Shown here in pieces: positions 8,567 to 17,017 of a DNA stretch of 50,679 bases (positions are counted from its first letter, which is position 1; every line of letters begins with the position of its first letter). Both the position numbers and the translations under genes were made by a program. This stretch comes from Chloroflexi bacterium GWC2_73_18 (GTDB lineage Bacteria > Chloroflexota > Limnocylindria > Limnocylindrales > CSP1-4). The DNA lies in the NCBI GenBank assembly GCA_001794945.1, contig MGMJ01000044.1, positions 1,415 through 52,093 on the forward strand, read 5' to 3'. Under the pieces are notes generated by a model. The model saw nothing but the letters and a program-made list of their open reading frames with translations. It was not told where the DNA came from and ran no database searches.

Positions 8567-9715
8567 CTGGGCGGCGACATGCTCCAGGTCGAGGAGATCC
8601 GCGACGCGGCAGGCGTCGAGGCGCTCGTCCCGGCGTGGCGCCGTCTCGCCGCCGAGGCGGCCCGTTCGCCTTTCGAGTCGCCCGACTGGCTCGTCCCCTG
8701 GTGGAGGACCTACGGCGCCGGCGAGATGGAGCCGCGCCTCCTGGCCTGGCGCGCCGGCGGGCGGTTGGCCGCCGTCGCGCCGCTGGCGCGCCGCGATCTG
8801 CGGCGGTTCGGGCGGCCGATCCGCGAGCTCGCCTTCTGGGCGGGTGGCGGCTCCCTGCTGAGCGGCTGTGTCGACCTCCTCGCGGTCGAGGCCGACCGCC
8901 CCGCCGCGCTGGCGGGGCTCGGCGCCTGGCTGCAGGCGCCGGGTAACGACTGGGACGTGCTGCACTTCCTGCGCCTGCCGTACGGATCGTCGTCGGCCGG
9001 GGCGCTGCGGGCCTGGGCCGATACGGCGCCCTGGCGGTACCTCTCGCTGACCGGCGCCTTCCGCTCCGAGACCTTCACGATCGACCTGCCGGCGGACGCC
9101 GCGGGCTGGCACGGCCATCTCGGGCCCAAGGCCCGCCACAACATGCGCCGCGAGGTCCGTCTCTTCGCCCGCGAGCGGGGCGGTACGATCGAGCGGGTCG
9201 TCGACGCCGCGGCGGCCGGAGAGCTGGTGGCCGCCCTTGAGCGCCTGATGGGGCGGCACTGGGGTGACGAGGAGAAGTACTTCCGCCACGACCCCGCCTT
9301 CGGCGGCTTCGCCGTCGAGGCCCTGACGGCGATGCTCCTGAGCGGTTCGGCCTACGCCTTCGTGGCCCGCGATGGCGGGGGGATCCGGGCCTGCCTCGTC
9401 AACTTCGCCCTCGGCGGGCGGGCCGTTGCGGTCCTCATCGGGGTCGATCGCGATCCCGCCTTCCGCGCCTTCTCGCTCGGCAAGAACCTCTTCGACGCGG
9501 CGATCGACGAGGCGGTCGCGCGTGGCTGCCGGAGCTACGACTTCCTGTGGGTGGGCGGCTACAAGGAGACGTTCTGGCACGCCGCGCCGCGGAGACTGGA
9601 GAGCGGCCTGGTGGCGCGCGGGACGACCGGGGCACTGGTGGCGGCGTACGCCGCGATGCGCCGGCTCGCCCTGCCCCGCCTCGCCCGGGCGCTGCGACGG
9701 AGGCCGGCGGCATGA
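8531..9715 (+). CDS. CelD/BioF2-like GNAT-fold (Fem-like) acyl/aminoacyl transferase
   Basis: The translation ...SPFESPDWLVPWWRTYG...WDVLHFLRLP...LGPKARHNMRREVR...LERLMGRHWG...RAFSLGKNLFDAAIDEAVARGCRSYDFLWVGGYKETFW matches the CelD-like Acetyltransf_6 pattern (F.sp.W...W; ...D...G...YK..W). Possible starts are GTG 8531, GTG 8549 or ATG 8579. Confidence 0.75.
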   Translation: MSDDAPVSDDAPLGGDMLQVEEIRDAAGVEALVPAWRRLAAEAARSPFESPDWLVPWWRTYGAGEMEPRLLAWRAGGRLAAVAPLARRDLRRFGRPIRELAFWAGGGSLLSGCVDLLAVEADRPAALAGLGAWLQAPGNDWDVLHFLRLPYGSSSAGALRAWADTAPWRYLSLTGAFRSETFTIDLPADAAGWHGHLGPKARHNMRREVRLFARERGGTIERVVDAAAAGELVAALERLMGRHWGDEEKYFRHDPAFGGFAVEALTAMLLSGSAYAFVARDGGGIRACLVNFALGGRAVAVLIGVDRDPAFRAFSLGKNLFDAAIDEAVARGCRSYDFLWVGGYKETFWHAAPRRLESGLVARGTTGALVAAYAAMRRLALPRLARALRRRPAA

Positions 9716-10785
9716 GCGCGGCCGCGCCGGACCCGGGGCTCCTCGCGCGCGACGACGCCGCCTGGGACGCCTTCGTGGCGGCGGCCCCGGGAGGCTCGTA
9801 CCTGCAGACGACGGCGTGGGCCGAGGTGAAGCGCCCGAACGGCTGGACGGCCCTGCGGATCGCCACGGCCGGCCCGGCCGGTGCGGTCGTGGGCGCGCAG
9901 GTGCTGGTCCGACGCGTCCGCGGCCTGCCCTGGGCGTTCGGATACGCGCCGCGCGGGCCCGTCGTCTCCGGCGACCTCGACCGGGTCGCCCTGTCCGCCT
10001 TCACCGGCGCCCTGCGCGAGCGCGCGCGGGGCGCGCGCGTCGGCCACGTGCGCATCGACCCGGAGATCGAGGCGGACGAGCGGCTCGCCGGGGAGTTCGC
10101 CACCGCCGGCTGGCGTCCCGCGCCGGCGATCCAGCCCGAGGTCACCCGGGTCATCGACCTCGGCCGGAGCGAGGCGGAGCTCTGGTCGGACCTCCGCCCC
10201 AAGTGGCGCCAGTACGTCAACGGCGCCCGGCGTGCCGGCGTGCGCCCGGTGGAGGGCTCGGGCGAGCGGTTGGACGAGTTCTACCGTCTCTACGCCGCGA
10301 CGGCCAGGCGAGCCGGCTTCCTCTCCCGCTCGGAGGGCGCGCAGCGGCTCCTCTGGGAGGCGTTCGCGGGGCGTGGCATGGCCCGGCTGCTCTTCGCCGA
10401 GACCGCCGGCGGCGAGGCGGTGGCGACGCTCCTGCTGCTCGCCTGCGGCCGGCGCATCACCGAGGTCTACGGAGGGATGAGCGAGGCCGGGGCGGTCTCG
10501 CGCGCCAACTACCTGCTCAAGTGGGAGGCGATCCGCCGCGCCCGCGAGGCGGGCTTCGGCAGCTACGACCTGTGGGGCATGGTGACGCCGGGGATCGCCC
10601 ACTTCAAGACCGGCTTCGGCGGCCGCGAGGTCCGCTACGTGGGGGCCCGGGACCTGGTCATCGATCCCCTGGGGCGGGCCGCCTTCGAGACGGGTGTCCG
10701 GCTTCGCGCCGCGTGGGAGCGCCGCCGGCACGGCGCACGGGGAGTGCGGGACGCGGCCGGCGGTGGCGGGGAGGCCGGGGCGTGA
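9712..10785 (+). CDS. FemAB-family peptidoglycan interpeptide-bridge aminoacyltransferase (copy 1)
   Basis: The translation is WDAFVAAAPGGSYLQTTAWAEVKRPNGW...LRPKWRQYVNGARRAGV...YGGMSEAGAVSRANYLLKWEAIRRAREAGFGSYDLWG...GIAHFKTGFGG, a typical FemX/FemAB layout. ATG 9712 overlaps the upstream stop (ATGA). Confidence 0.8.
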   Translation: MSAAAPDPGLLARDDAAWDAFVAAAPGGSYLQTTAWAEVKRPNGWTALRIATAGPAGAVVGAQVLVRRVRGLPWAFGYAPRGPVVSGDLDRVALSAFTGALRERARGARVGHVRIDPEIEADERLAGEFATAGWRPAPAIQPEVTRVIDLGRSEAELWSDLRPKWRQYVNGARRAGVRPVEGSGERLDEFYRLYAATARRAGFLSRSEGAQRLLWEAFAGRGMARLLFAETAGGEAVATLLLLACGRRITEVYGGMSEAGAVSRANYLLKWEAIRRAREAGFGSYDLWGMVTPGIAHFKTGFGGREVRYVGARDLVIDPLGRAAFETGVRLRAAWERRRHGARGVRDAAGGGGEAGA

Positions 10786-11834
10786 TCGAGGAACTGGCGG
10801 CGCCGGCGGCCGAGGCGTGGGATGCATGCACCGTCCACGCTCCCGGCGGGCATGTCCTCCAGTCGTTCGCCTGGGCCGAGCAGTGTCGCGCCGACGGCTG
10901 GATCCCCCGCTTCCTCGCCTGGGACGACGGCTGCGCCGCGCTCGCCCTGACGCACCGTCTGCCGCCGCTTCCCGGCGTCACGGTCTACCTCTCGCGGGGA
11001 CCGGTGCCCGGCGCCGACCCTCCCGGGCGGCTCGCCGGGCGGATCGTCGAGGCCGGCGCCTGGCTGGCGGCGCGGGGCGCCATGGTCGTCGCCGCCGACC
11101 CCGAGGTGGGGGACGACGCGGCCTACCGGGCGGCGTTGATGGCGGGGGGCTTCCGCCCGACCGAGGAGATCCAGCCCGCCCGCCACCGGATGCGGCTCCC
11201 GCTACCGCCCGGCGCCGACGAGACGGGTGTCTGGGCGGGAGTCGGCCGCTCGACGCGCCAGCGGATCGAGCAGGCGCGGCGGGCGGGGCTCGTCGTGCGG
11301 GAGGACGCCGAGGGGACCCGGCTGGCGCGCTTCGGCGAGCTGCTCGGGGAGACGGCCGAGCGGCGCGCCTTCAGCTTCTCGCGGTCGTTCTTCCTTGCCT
11401 GGTGGCGCCGTGCCCTGGCGGCCGGCCTCGCCCGCTTCCTGGTCGTGGAGGCCGACGGACGCCTGCTGGGCGGGCTCTACCTGTACCGCCACGGCGGCCG
11501 CTACTCGACCGCCCACAGCGCCGACGACGCCGACGCCCGGCACGAGCACCCCGGAGTGATGCACCTGCTCCGCTGGGAGGCGATCCGCCTGGCGATCGCG
11601 GAAAGGGCGCCGGAGCTCGACCTCGGCGGGGTCGACGTCGCCGGTGCGCGCCGCCCGCCGCGACCGGGCGAGCCGATGTACGGCCTCTACGAGCACAAGC
11701 GGAGTTTCGGCGCCGAGTGGGTCGAGCAGGCCGGGGCCCACGAGCTGGTGGCGCGGCCCTGGCTCTACCGGCTGGCCCTCGCCGGGCGCGCGGTCCGTCG
11801 CACGCTGCGGCCGGCCGGTCGAGGAGCGCCGTGA
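10782..11834 (+). CDS. FemAB-family peptidoglycan interpeptide-bridge aminoacyltransferase (copy 2)
   Basis: The translation is WDACTVHAPGGHVLQSFAWAEQCRADGW...STRQRIEQARRAGL...YLYRHGGRYSTAHSA...PGVMHLLRWEAIRLAIAERAPELDLGGV...GLYEHKRSFGA. GTG 10782 overlaps the upstream stop (GTGA). Confidence 0.8.
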   Translation: MIEELAAPAAEAWDACTVHAPGGHVLQSFAWAEQCRADGWIPRFLAWDDGCAALALTHRLPPLPGVTVYLSRGPVPGADPPGRLAGRIVEAGAWLAARGAMVVAADPEVGDDAAYRAALMAGGFRPTEEIQPARHRMRLPLPPGADETGVWAGVGRSTRQRIEQARRAGLVVREDAEGTRLARFGELLGETAERRAFSFSRSFFLAWWRRALAAGLARFLVVEADGRLLGGLYLYRHGGRYSTAHSADDADARHEHPGVMHLLRWEAIRLAIAERAPELDLGGVDVAGARRPPRPGEPMYGLYEHKRSFGAEWVEQAGAHELVARPWLYRLALAGRAVRRTLRPAGRGAP

Positions 11835-13429
11835 ACGCCAACGCCGCCGGCCGCGAGGCGCGCCCGCTGGGCGAGCTCATCGGCCTGCTCGCGGCGCGGG
11901 GCCACCTGCGCAACGTCCGCGCGGGACCGGCGGCCGGACCGGCGCAGCCGGCCACCGTGGCCGCCGTGCCGGTGCGGGGCGTGGCCTACGACTCGCGCCG
12001 CGTCGGACCGGGGACGCTCTTCGTCGCCGTCCCCGGCCTCCACGTCGACGGCCACGAGTACGCTCCGGGGGCGGTCGCGGCGGGCGCCAGCGCGCTCGTG
12101 GTCGAGCAGCCGCTCGAGGCGCTCGCCGTGCCGCAGCTCGTCGTGAAGCGGAGCCAGTTCGCCCTTGCCACGGCGGCCGCCTGGTGGGAGCGGTGGCCGG
12201 CGCGGGAACTGGGCGTGATCGGGGTCACCGGCACGGACGGCAAGACGACGACGACCTTCCTGGTGGCGGCCATCCTCGCCTCCGCCGGGCTGCCGGCGGG
12301 ACTGGTCGGCACGGTCGAGATCGGGATCGGCGGGCGCCGCGCGCCCAACGAGGCGCGCACGACGACGCCCGAGGCGCCCGAGCTGCAGGGCTTCCTGCGT
12401 GCCATGGTCGAGGCGGGTGATCGCTTCGCCGTCCTCGAGGCGACCTCCCATGGACTCGCCCTCGAGCGGGTCGGCGAGATCGCCTTCGACGTGGGCGTGC
12501 TCACCAACCTGACTCATGAGCACCTGGAGTTCCACGGCACCCACGAGGCCTACCGCACCGCCAAGCGGAGCCTCTTCGAGCGGCTCGCCGTGACCGCCGA
12601 GAACCCCGACAAGGGCTGGGGCAAGCAGGCCGTCCTCAACCGCGACGACCGCTGGTTCGCGGAGTTCGCGGCGGCCGCCCGCGACAGCGGTGCCCGGATC
12701 CTCACCTACGGCGCCGACCCCGCCGCCGACGTCCGCGTGTCCGCGGTCGAGGAGGATGCGCGGCACCTGCGCCTGGGGATCGCCACGGCGCGCTGGCGGG
12801 GCGACGTGGCGCTCCGTCTCGCCGGCCGCTTCAACGTCCACAACGCGCTGGCGGCAGCCGCGGTCGGGGAGGCGCTGGGCCTCGACCCGGGGGCGATCCG
12901 CGCCGGCCTCGAGAGCGTCGCCGGGGTGCCGGGGCGGATGGAGCGGATCGACCTCGGCCAGCCGTTCGGCGTCATCGTGGACTACGCCCACACGCCCGAC
13001 TCGCTCGAAAAGGTGCTCCAGATCCTGGCGCCCGTGGCGGCCGCGGCGGGAGGCGGGCTGATCGCCGTCTTCGGCTCGGCCGGCGAGCGCGACGTCGTGA
13101 AGCGCCCGCTGATGGGCCGCATCGCCGGCGATCGTGCCCGCCTCGTGGTCGTGACCGACGAGGACCCGCGGCTCGAGGACCGTCAGGCCATCCTGGAGCA
13201 GATCGCCGGGGGAGCGCGCGCGGCGGGGCGCGTCGACGGGCGGGACCTGCTCGTCGTCGCCGACCGCGACGCGGCGATCGCGGCCGCTTTCGAGCGGGCG
13301 CGGCCGGGCGATGTCGTGCTCCTTGCAGGAAAGGGGCACGAGGGCTCGATCATCTACGGCACCGAAAAGCGCCCCTGGGATGACCGGGAGGCGGCCCGCC
13401 GGGCCCTCCGCGCCCTGGGCCACGGGTGA
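11831..13429 (+). CDS. murE: UDP-N-acetylmuramoyl-L-alanyl-D-glutamate--diamino-acid ligase MurE
   Basis: The evidence is the Mur-ligase P-loop GVTGTDGKTTT, the central motif HLEFHGT and the C-terminal motif TDEDPR in place of the DAP-type DNPR motif (the Arg is retained). GTG 11831 overlaps the upstream stop (GTGA). Confidence 0.9.
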   Translation: MNANAAGREARPLGELIGLLAARGHLRNVRAGPAAGPAQPATVAAVPVRGVAYDSRRVGPGTLFVAVPGLHVDGHEYAPGAVAAGASALVVEQPLEALAVPQLVVKRSQFALATAAAWWERWPARELGVIGVTGTDGKTTTTFLVAAILASAGLPAGLVGTVEIGIGGRRAPNEARTTTPEAPELQGFLRAMVEAGDRFAVLEATSHGLALERVGEIAFDVGVLTNLTHEHLEFHGTHEAYRTAKRSLFERLAVTAENPDKGWGKQAVLNRDDRWFAEFAAAARDSGARILTYGADPAADVRVSAVEEDARHLRLGIATARWRGDVALRLAGRFNVHNALAAAAVGEALGLDPGAIRAGLESVAGVPGRMERIDLGQPFGVIVDYAHTPDSLEKVLQILAPVAAAAGGGLIAVFGSAGERDVVKRPLMGRIAGDRARLVVVTDEDPRLEDRQAILEQIAGGARAAGRVDGRDLLVVADRDAAIAAAFERARPGDVVLLAGKGHEGSIIYGTEKRPWDDREAARRALRALGHG

Positions 13430-14043
13430 GCGAACGGCTCCGCTCGTCGTCGCCACGTCCCGCTCGGCCCGCGGCCCCGCCCGGCTCGCCGACCCTCGTC
13501 ATCGTGGCCGGCCTCCCGGGGCGCGGCAAGAGCTGGCTGGCGCGCCATCTCGCCGCCGCCCACGCGCGGCGCCCGGGCGCCCGCCCGCTCGTCGTCGTCG
13601 AGACGGATCGGATCCGTCTCGAGCTGACCGGCGGCCGGCCGCTCCACACGCCGGGCGAGAACGCGGCCGTCCATGCCGAGGCCCGTCGCCGCCTGGCCGC
13701 GGCGATCGCCGCCGGCGCCCACGCGGTCATCGACGCGACCTCGCTGGCGAGCGCCCACCGGGCGCAGCTGCGCCGGCTCGCCGATCGTTCGGGCGCGCGC
13801 ACCCTCCTCGCCTGGTGCGAACTCGAGGACGCGGTCGCCGCCCGACGCTTCGCCCTCCGTCGCGGACGTCTGGACGCGGCCGACGTTTCCACCGCCGACG
13901 AGGCGGTCGCCGAACGGATGGCCGCGGCGGTGGAACGGCCGCGGCGCGCCCTCCACGTCCGCCCGTCGAGCGCGCGCGCAGCGGTGCGAACGCTCGCCGC
14001 CGACCTGGCCGGGCTGCAGGAGGCGGAAGAGGCGTTGCTATGA
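13426..14043 (+). CDS. P-loop ATPase/kinase (AAA_33-like)
   Basis: A Walker A motif, VIVAGLPGRGKSWLA, sits near the N-terminus of a small (~205 aa) protein. GTG 13426 overlaps the murE stop (GTGA). I recognise no more specific family. Confidence 0.65.
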   Translation: MSERLRSSSPRPARPAAPPGSPTLVIVAGLPGRGKSWLARHLAAAHARRPGARPLVVVETDRIRLELTGGRPLHTPGENAAVHAEARRRLAAAIAAGAHAVIDATSLASAHRAQLRRLADRSGARTLLAWCELEDAVAARRFALRRGRLDAADVSTADEAVAERMAAAVERPRRALHVRPSSARAAVRTLAADLAGLQEAEEALL

Positions 14044-14044
14044 T
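14039..14044 (+). promoter_or_regulatory. Candidate -10 hexamer TATGAT in front of relA
   Basis: TATGAT is followed by 8 nt and then ATG 14053. The only GGAG directly abuts the ATG, which is too close to act as a Shine-Dalgarno. The hexamer overlaps the upstream stop codon. Confidence 0.3.
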
Positions 14045-14052
14045 GGTCGGAG

Positions 14053-16284
14053 ATGTCGATCGAGCCGGCCGGCGCTCCGCCGGCACCCGCCAGCAGGGGG
14101 GAGGCCCGCCGGGCCCGCAGCCCGGTGACCGTGACGCCGCGCGCGCTGGACGTCCTGGAGGCGCGGCTCGAAGCGGAGATCCGGGTCCACTACCCCCAGG
14201 CTGACCTCTCCGACGTCCGGCGCGCCTACGAGTTCGCCGTCGAGGCCCACGTCGAGCAGCGCCGCGCCTCGGGAGAGCCGTACGTCACGCATCCGATCGC
14301 CGCCGCGCAGATCCTCGCCGAGCTCGGCCTCGACCCGGTGGCGATCCAGGCGGCGCTCCTGCACGACCTCCCCGAGGACACCGGCTTCGGCATCGCCGAC
14401 GTCGAGGAGCGCTTCGGCGTGGAGATCGCGCACCTGGTCGACGGGGTGACCAAGCTGTCCCGCTTCTCCACGCTCTCCCACGAGGAGCAGCAGGCCGAGA
14501 ACATCCGCAAGATGTTCCTGGCCATGGCGGAGGACATCCGCGTCGTCCTGATCAAGCTGGCCGATCGGCTCCACAACATGCGCACCCTCGGCGCCCTGCC
14601 GCTCGAGAAGCAGGTCCGGATCGCCCGCCAGACCATGGAGATCTACGCGCCGCTGGCGGAGCGGCTCGGCATCTGGCAGATGAAGTGGGAGCTGGAGGAC
14701 CTGGCCTTCAAGGCGCTCGAGCCGGAGGGCTTCCGCTCGCTCGCCTCGCAGCTCGACACGCGCCGCCGGGCGCGCGAGGCGTACGTCCAGCGGGCCATCG
14801 CCACGCTCGCGGCCGAGCTGGCGAAGGCCGGCATCGCGGCCGAGCTGTCGGGCCGCCCCAAGCACATCTTCAGCATCTGGAAGAAGATGCAGCGCAAGAG
14901 CGCGGAGTTCGGCGAGATCTACGACGTCTACGCCATCCGCGTCCTGGTCGAGGAGCTGAAGGACTGCTACGCCGCCCTCGGCGTCGTCCACTCGCTCTGG
15001 CGCCCCATCCCCGGGCAGTTCGACGACTACATCGCCATGCCCAAGGGGAACCTCTACCAGAGCCTCCACACCGCCGTCGTTGCCGTCGACGGCAAGCCCC
15101 TGGAGATCCAGATCCGGACCGCGGCGATGCATCGGGTCGCCGAGATCGGCATCGCCGCGCACTGGCGGTACAAGGAGGGCTCCAAGAGCGACCGCGAGTA
15201 CGACGCCAAACTCGCTTGGGTCCGCCAGCTCCTCGACTGGCAGCGCGAGGTCTCCGACGCGCGCGAGTTCGTGGAGGGGATCAAGCTCGACATCTTCCAG
15301 GACCAGGTCTTCGTCTTCACCCCGAGGGGCGAGGTGAAGGACCTGCCGGCCGGGGCGACGCCGCTCGACTTCGCCTACCGGATCCACACCGACGTCGGCC
15401 ACCGTTGCATCGGTGCCAAGGTCAACAACCGCCTGGTGCCCCTCGACTACCGGCTGAAGAGCGGCGACATCGTCGAGATCGTGACCACGAAGGGCGCCCA
15501 CGGCCCCTCGCGCGACTGGCTCAACATCGTCCGCACCAGCCACGCCCGCGAGAAGATCCGTCAGTGGTTCAAGCGCCAGCAGCGCGATGAGAACATCCAG
15601 CACGGCCGCGAGGCGCTCGATCGGGAGCTGCGCCGGCTGGCGCGAACCTCGCTCCACGCGCTCGGCTCGGAGGCGCTGGCCGAGATCGCGAGGGCCTACA
15701 ACCACGACGGCCTTGACGACTTCTACGCGGCGGTCGGCTACGGCGCCATCGCCGCCCAGACGGTGGTCATGCGGCTGGGCATCGCCGACGACCGCGAGGT
15801 GGCGCTGCCGTCGACCGCGCCGCCCGCGCCGGCGCGCACCGGCGGCGTCCGGGTCAAGGGCGTCGGCGACCTGTTGACCCGCTTCGGCAGGTGCTGCTCG
15901 CCCATCCCGGGTGACCCGATCGTCGGTTTCGTGACCCGCGGCAAGGGGGTGACCGTCCACCTGCGCACCTGCTCGACGGTGGTCAATGAGCGGGACGTCG
16001 AGCGGCTGATCGACGTCGAGTGGGAGACGCAGGCCCAGCAGCAGACCTACCCGATCGCCATCCGCGTGGAGGCCTACGACCGGACCGGGCTGCTGAGCGA
16101 CATCACCAACGTCGTGGCCGAGAACAAGATCAACATCCTGGCCGCCAACGTCGCCGTCCACCCCGACCACACCGCCACGGTGAACGCCACGCTGCAGGTC
16201 GCGTCCGTAGCCCAGCTCGCCCGTGTCCTGGCCCGCATCGAGGGCGTCCGCGACGTCTACTCGGTCCAGCGCGAGACGAGCTAG
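14053..16284 (+). CDS. relA: Bifunctional (p)ppGpp synthetase/hydrolase RelA/SpoT (Rel)
   Basis: The evidence is the HD hydrolase domain (HPIAAAQIL...LLHDLPEDT), the synthetase domain (...IFSIWKKMQRK...YDVYAIRVLV...YQSLHTAV), a TGS domain (VFTPRGEVKDLPAGATPLDFAYRIHTDVG) and a C-terminal ACT-like domain. Confidence 0.95.
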   Translation: MSIEPAGAPPAPASRGEARRARSPVTVTPRALDVLEARLEAEIRVHYPQADLSDVRRAYEFAVEAHVEQRRASGEPYVTHPIAAAQILAELGLDPVAIQAALLHDLPEDTGFGIADVEERFGVEIAHLVDGVTKLSRFSTLSHEEQQAENIRKMFLAMAEDIRVVLIKLADRLHNMRTLGALPLEKQVRIARQTMEIYAPLAERLGIWQMKWELEDLAFKALEPEGFRSLASQLDTRRRAREAYVQRAIATLAAELAKAGIAAELSGRPKHIFSIWKKMQRKSAEFGEIYDVYAIRVLVEELKDCYAALGVVHSLWRPIPGQFDDYIAMPKGNLYQSLHTAVVAVDGKPLEIQIRTAAMHRVAEIGIAAHWRYKEGSKSDREYDAKLAWVRQLLDWQREVSDAREFVEGIKLDIFQDQVFVFTPRGEVKDLPAGATPLDFAYRIHTDVGHRCIGAKVNNRLVPLDYRLKSGDIVEIVTTKGAHGPSRDWLNIVRTSHAREKIRQWFKRQQRDENIQHGREALDRELRRLARTSLHALGSEALAEIARAYNHDGLDDFYAAVGYGAIAAQTVVMRLGIADDREVALPSTAPPAPARTGGVRVKGVGDLLTRFGRCCSPIPGDPIVGFVTRGKGVTVHLRTCSTVVNERDVERLIDVEWETQAQQQTYPIAIRVEAYDRTGLLSDITNVVAENKINILAANVAVHPDHTATVNATLQVASVAQLARVLARIEGVRDVYSVQRETS

Positions 16285-16286
16285 CC

Positions 16287-16303
16287 CCCCGGCGCCACCG
16301 GGG
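16287..16303. terminator. Short GC hairpin (ccccgg-cgcca-ccgggg) between the convergent relA and cupredoxin genes
   Basis: A 6-bp inverted repeat lies in the 26-nt gap between two convergent stop codons. It could act as a bidirectional terminator. Confidence 0.3.
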
Positions 16304-16310
16304 CGCCTGC

Positions 16311-16892
16311 TCAGGGGCGGCGCAGGCGCAGCAGCCCGAGGCCGAGCGCAGCCGCGACGACGGCGATCGCGAGCGGGAGGACGTCGTCGGCTCCGCCGCC
16401 GGGCTCCTCGCCCCTCGACCCGGGACCGCCGGGCGCCGGGCTGACATCCCCGCCGGGAGCGGGGGACGCGGCCGCGCCCGTCGGCGTGACCGGCGCCGGC
16501 GAGGCGGGGGCCGCGGTGACGACGACCGTGCCGCGCATCGAGGAGTGGAGGGAGCAGTGGTAGGCATGGCTCCCCGGTGTCGTGAAGGTGACCCGGAAGG
16601 TCGACCCGGCCTCGGAGAGGTAACCGCTCCCCTCGAAGTCGCCGGCGACGTCGGGCGTGACCGTGTGCTGCTCCGGATCCGAGCGCATCGTCCAGGTCAC
16701 CGACTCGCCGGCGACGACGGTGACGGTCGCCGGCCGGAAGGCGAAGTCCTGGATCAGCACGGCCGCATCAGCGGCCCGGGCGTGCTGCGTCGGGGTCGCC
16801 GTGCCCGCGGCAAGGCTCGCCGCGAGCGCGGTGCACGCCACGGCCCGGGCGGCCGCCGCCGGCATCCGCTTTGACACGAGGGAAGAGGGCAT
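16311..16892 (-). CDS. Type-1 (blue) copper cupredoxin, amicyanin-like, with signal peptide and C-terminal TM anchor
   Basis: A cupredoxin beta-sandwich (FAFRPATVTVVAGESVTWTMRSDPEQHTVTP...FRVTFTTPGSHAYHCSLHSSMRGTVVV) carries the copper ligand set H...C-x2-H-x2-M. There is an N-terminal signal (KRMPAAAARAVACTALAASLAAGTA) and a Pro/Gly-rich linker followed by LPLAIAVVAAALGLGLLRLRRP. Possible starts are ATG 16892 or ATG 16865. Confidence 0.75.
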   Translation of the reverse strand: MPSSLVSKRMPAAAARAVACTALAASLAAGTATPTQHARAADAAVLIQDFAFRPATVTVVAGESVTWTMRSDPEQHTVTPDVAGDFEGSGYLSEAGSTFRVTFTTPGSHAYHCSLHSSMRGTVVVTAAPASPAPVTPTGAAASPAPGGDVSPAPGGPGSRGEEPGGGADDVLPLAIAVVAAALGLGLLRLRRP

Positions 16893-17017
16893 TCGAGGGG
16901 GACTACGCCGATCGCCCGGTCGACGGATCTGTCGGCGGGAAACCGCGGACGGCTCTCCGCCGTACCGAGCGGTGATACGTGCCCACCGTGCGCACGCCCC
17001 AGAGGAGGAACCCGATC

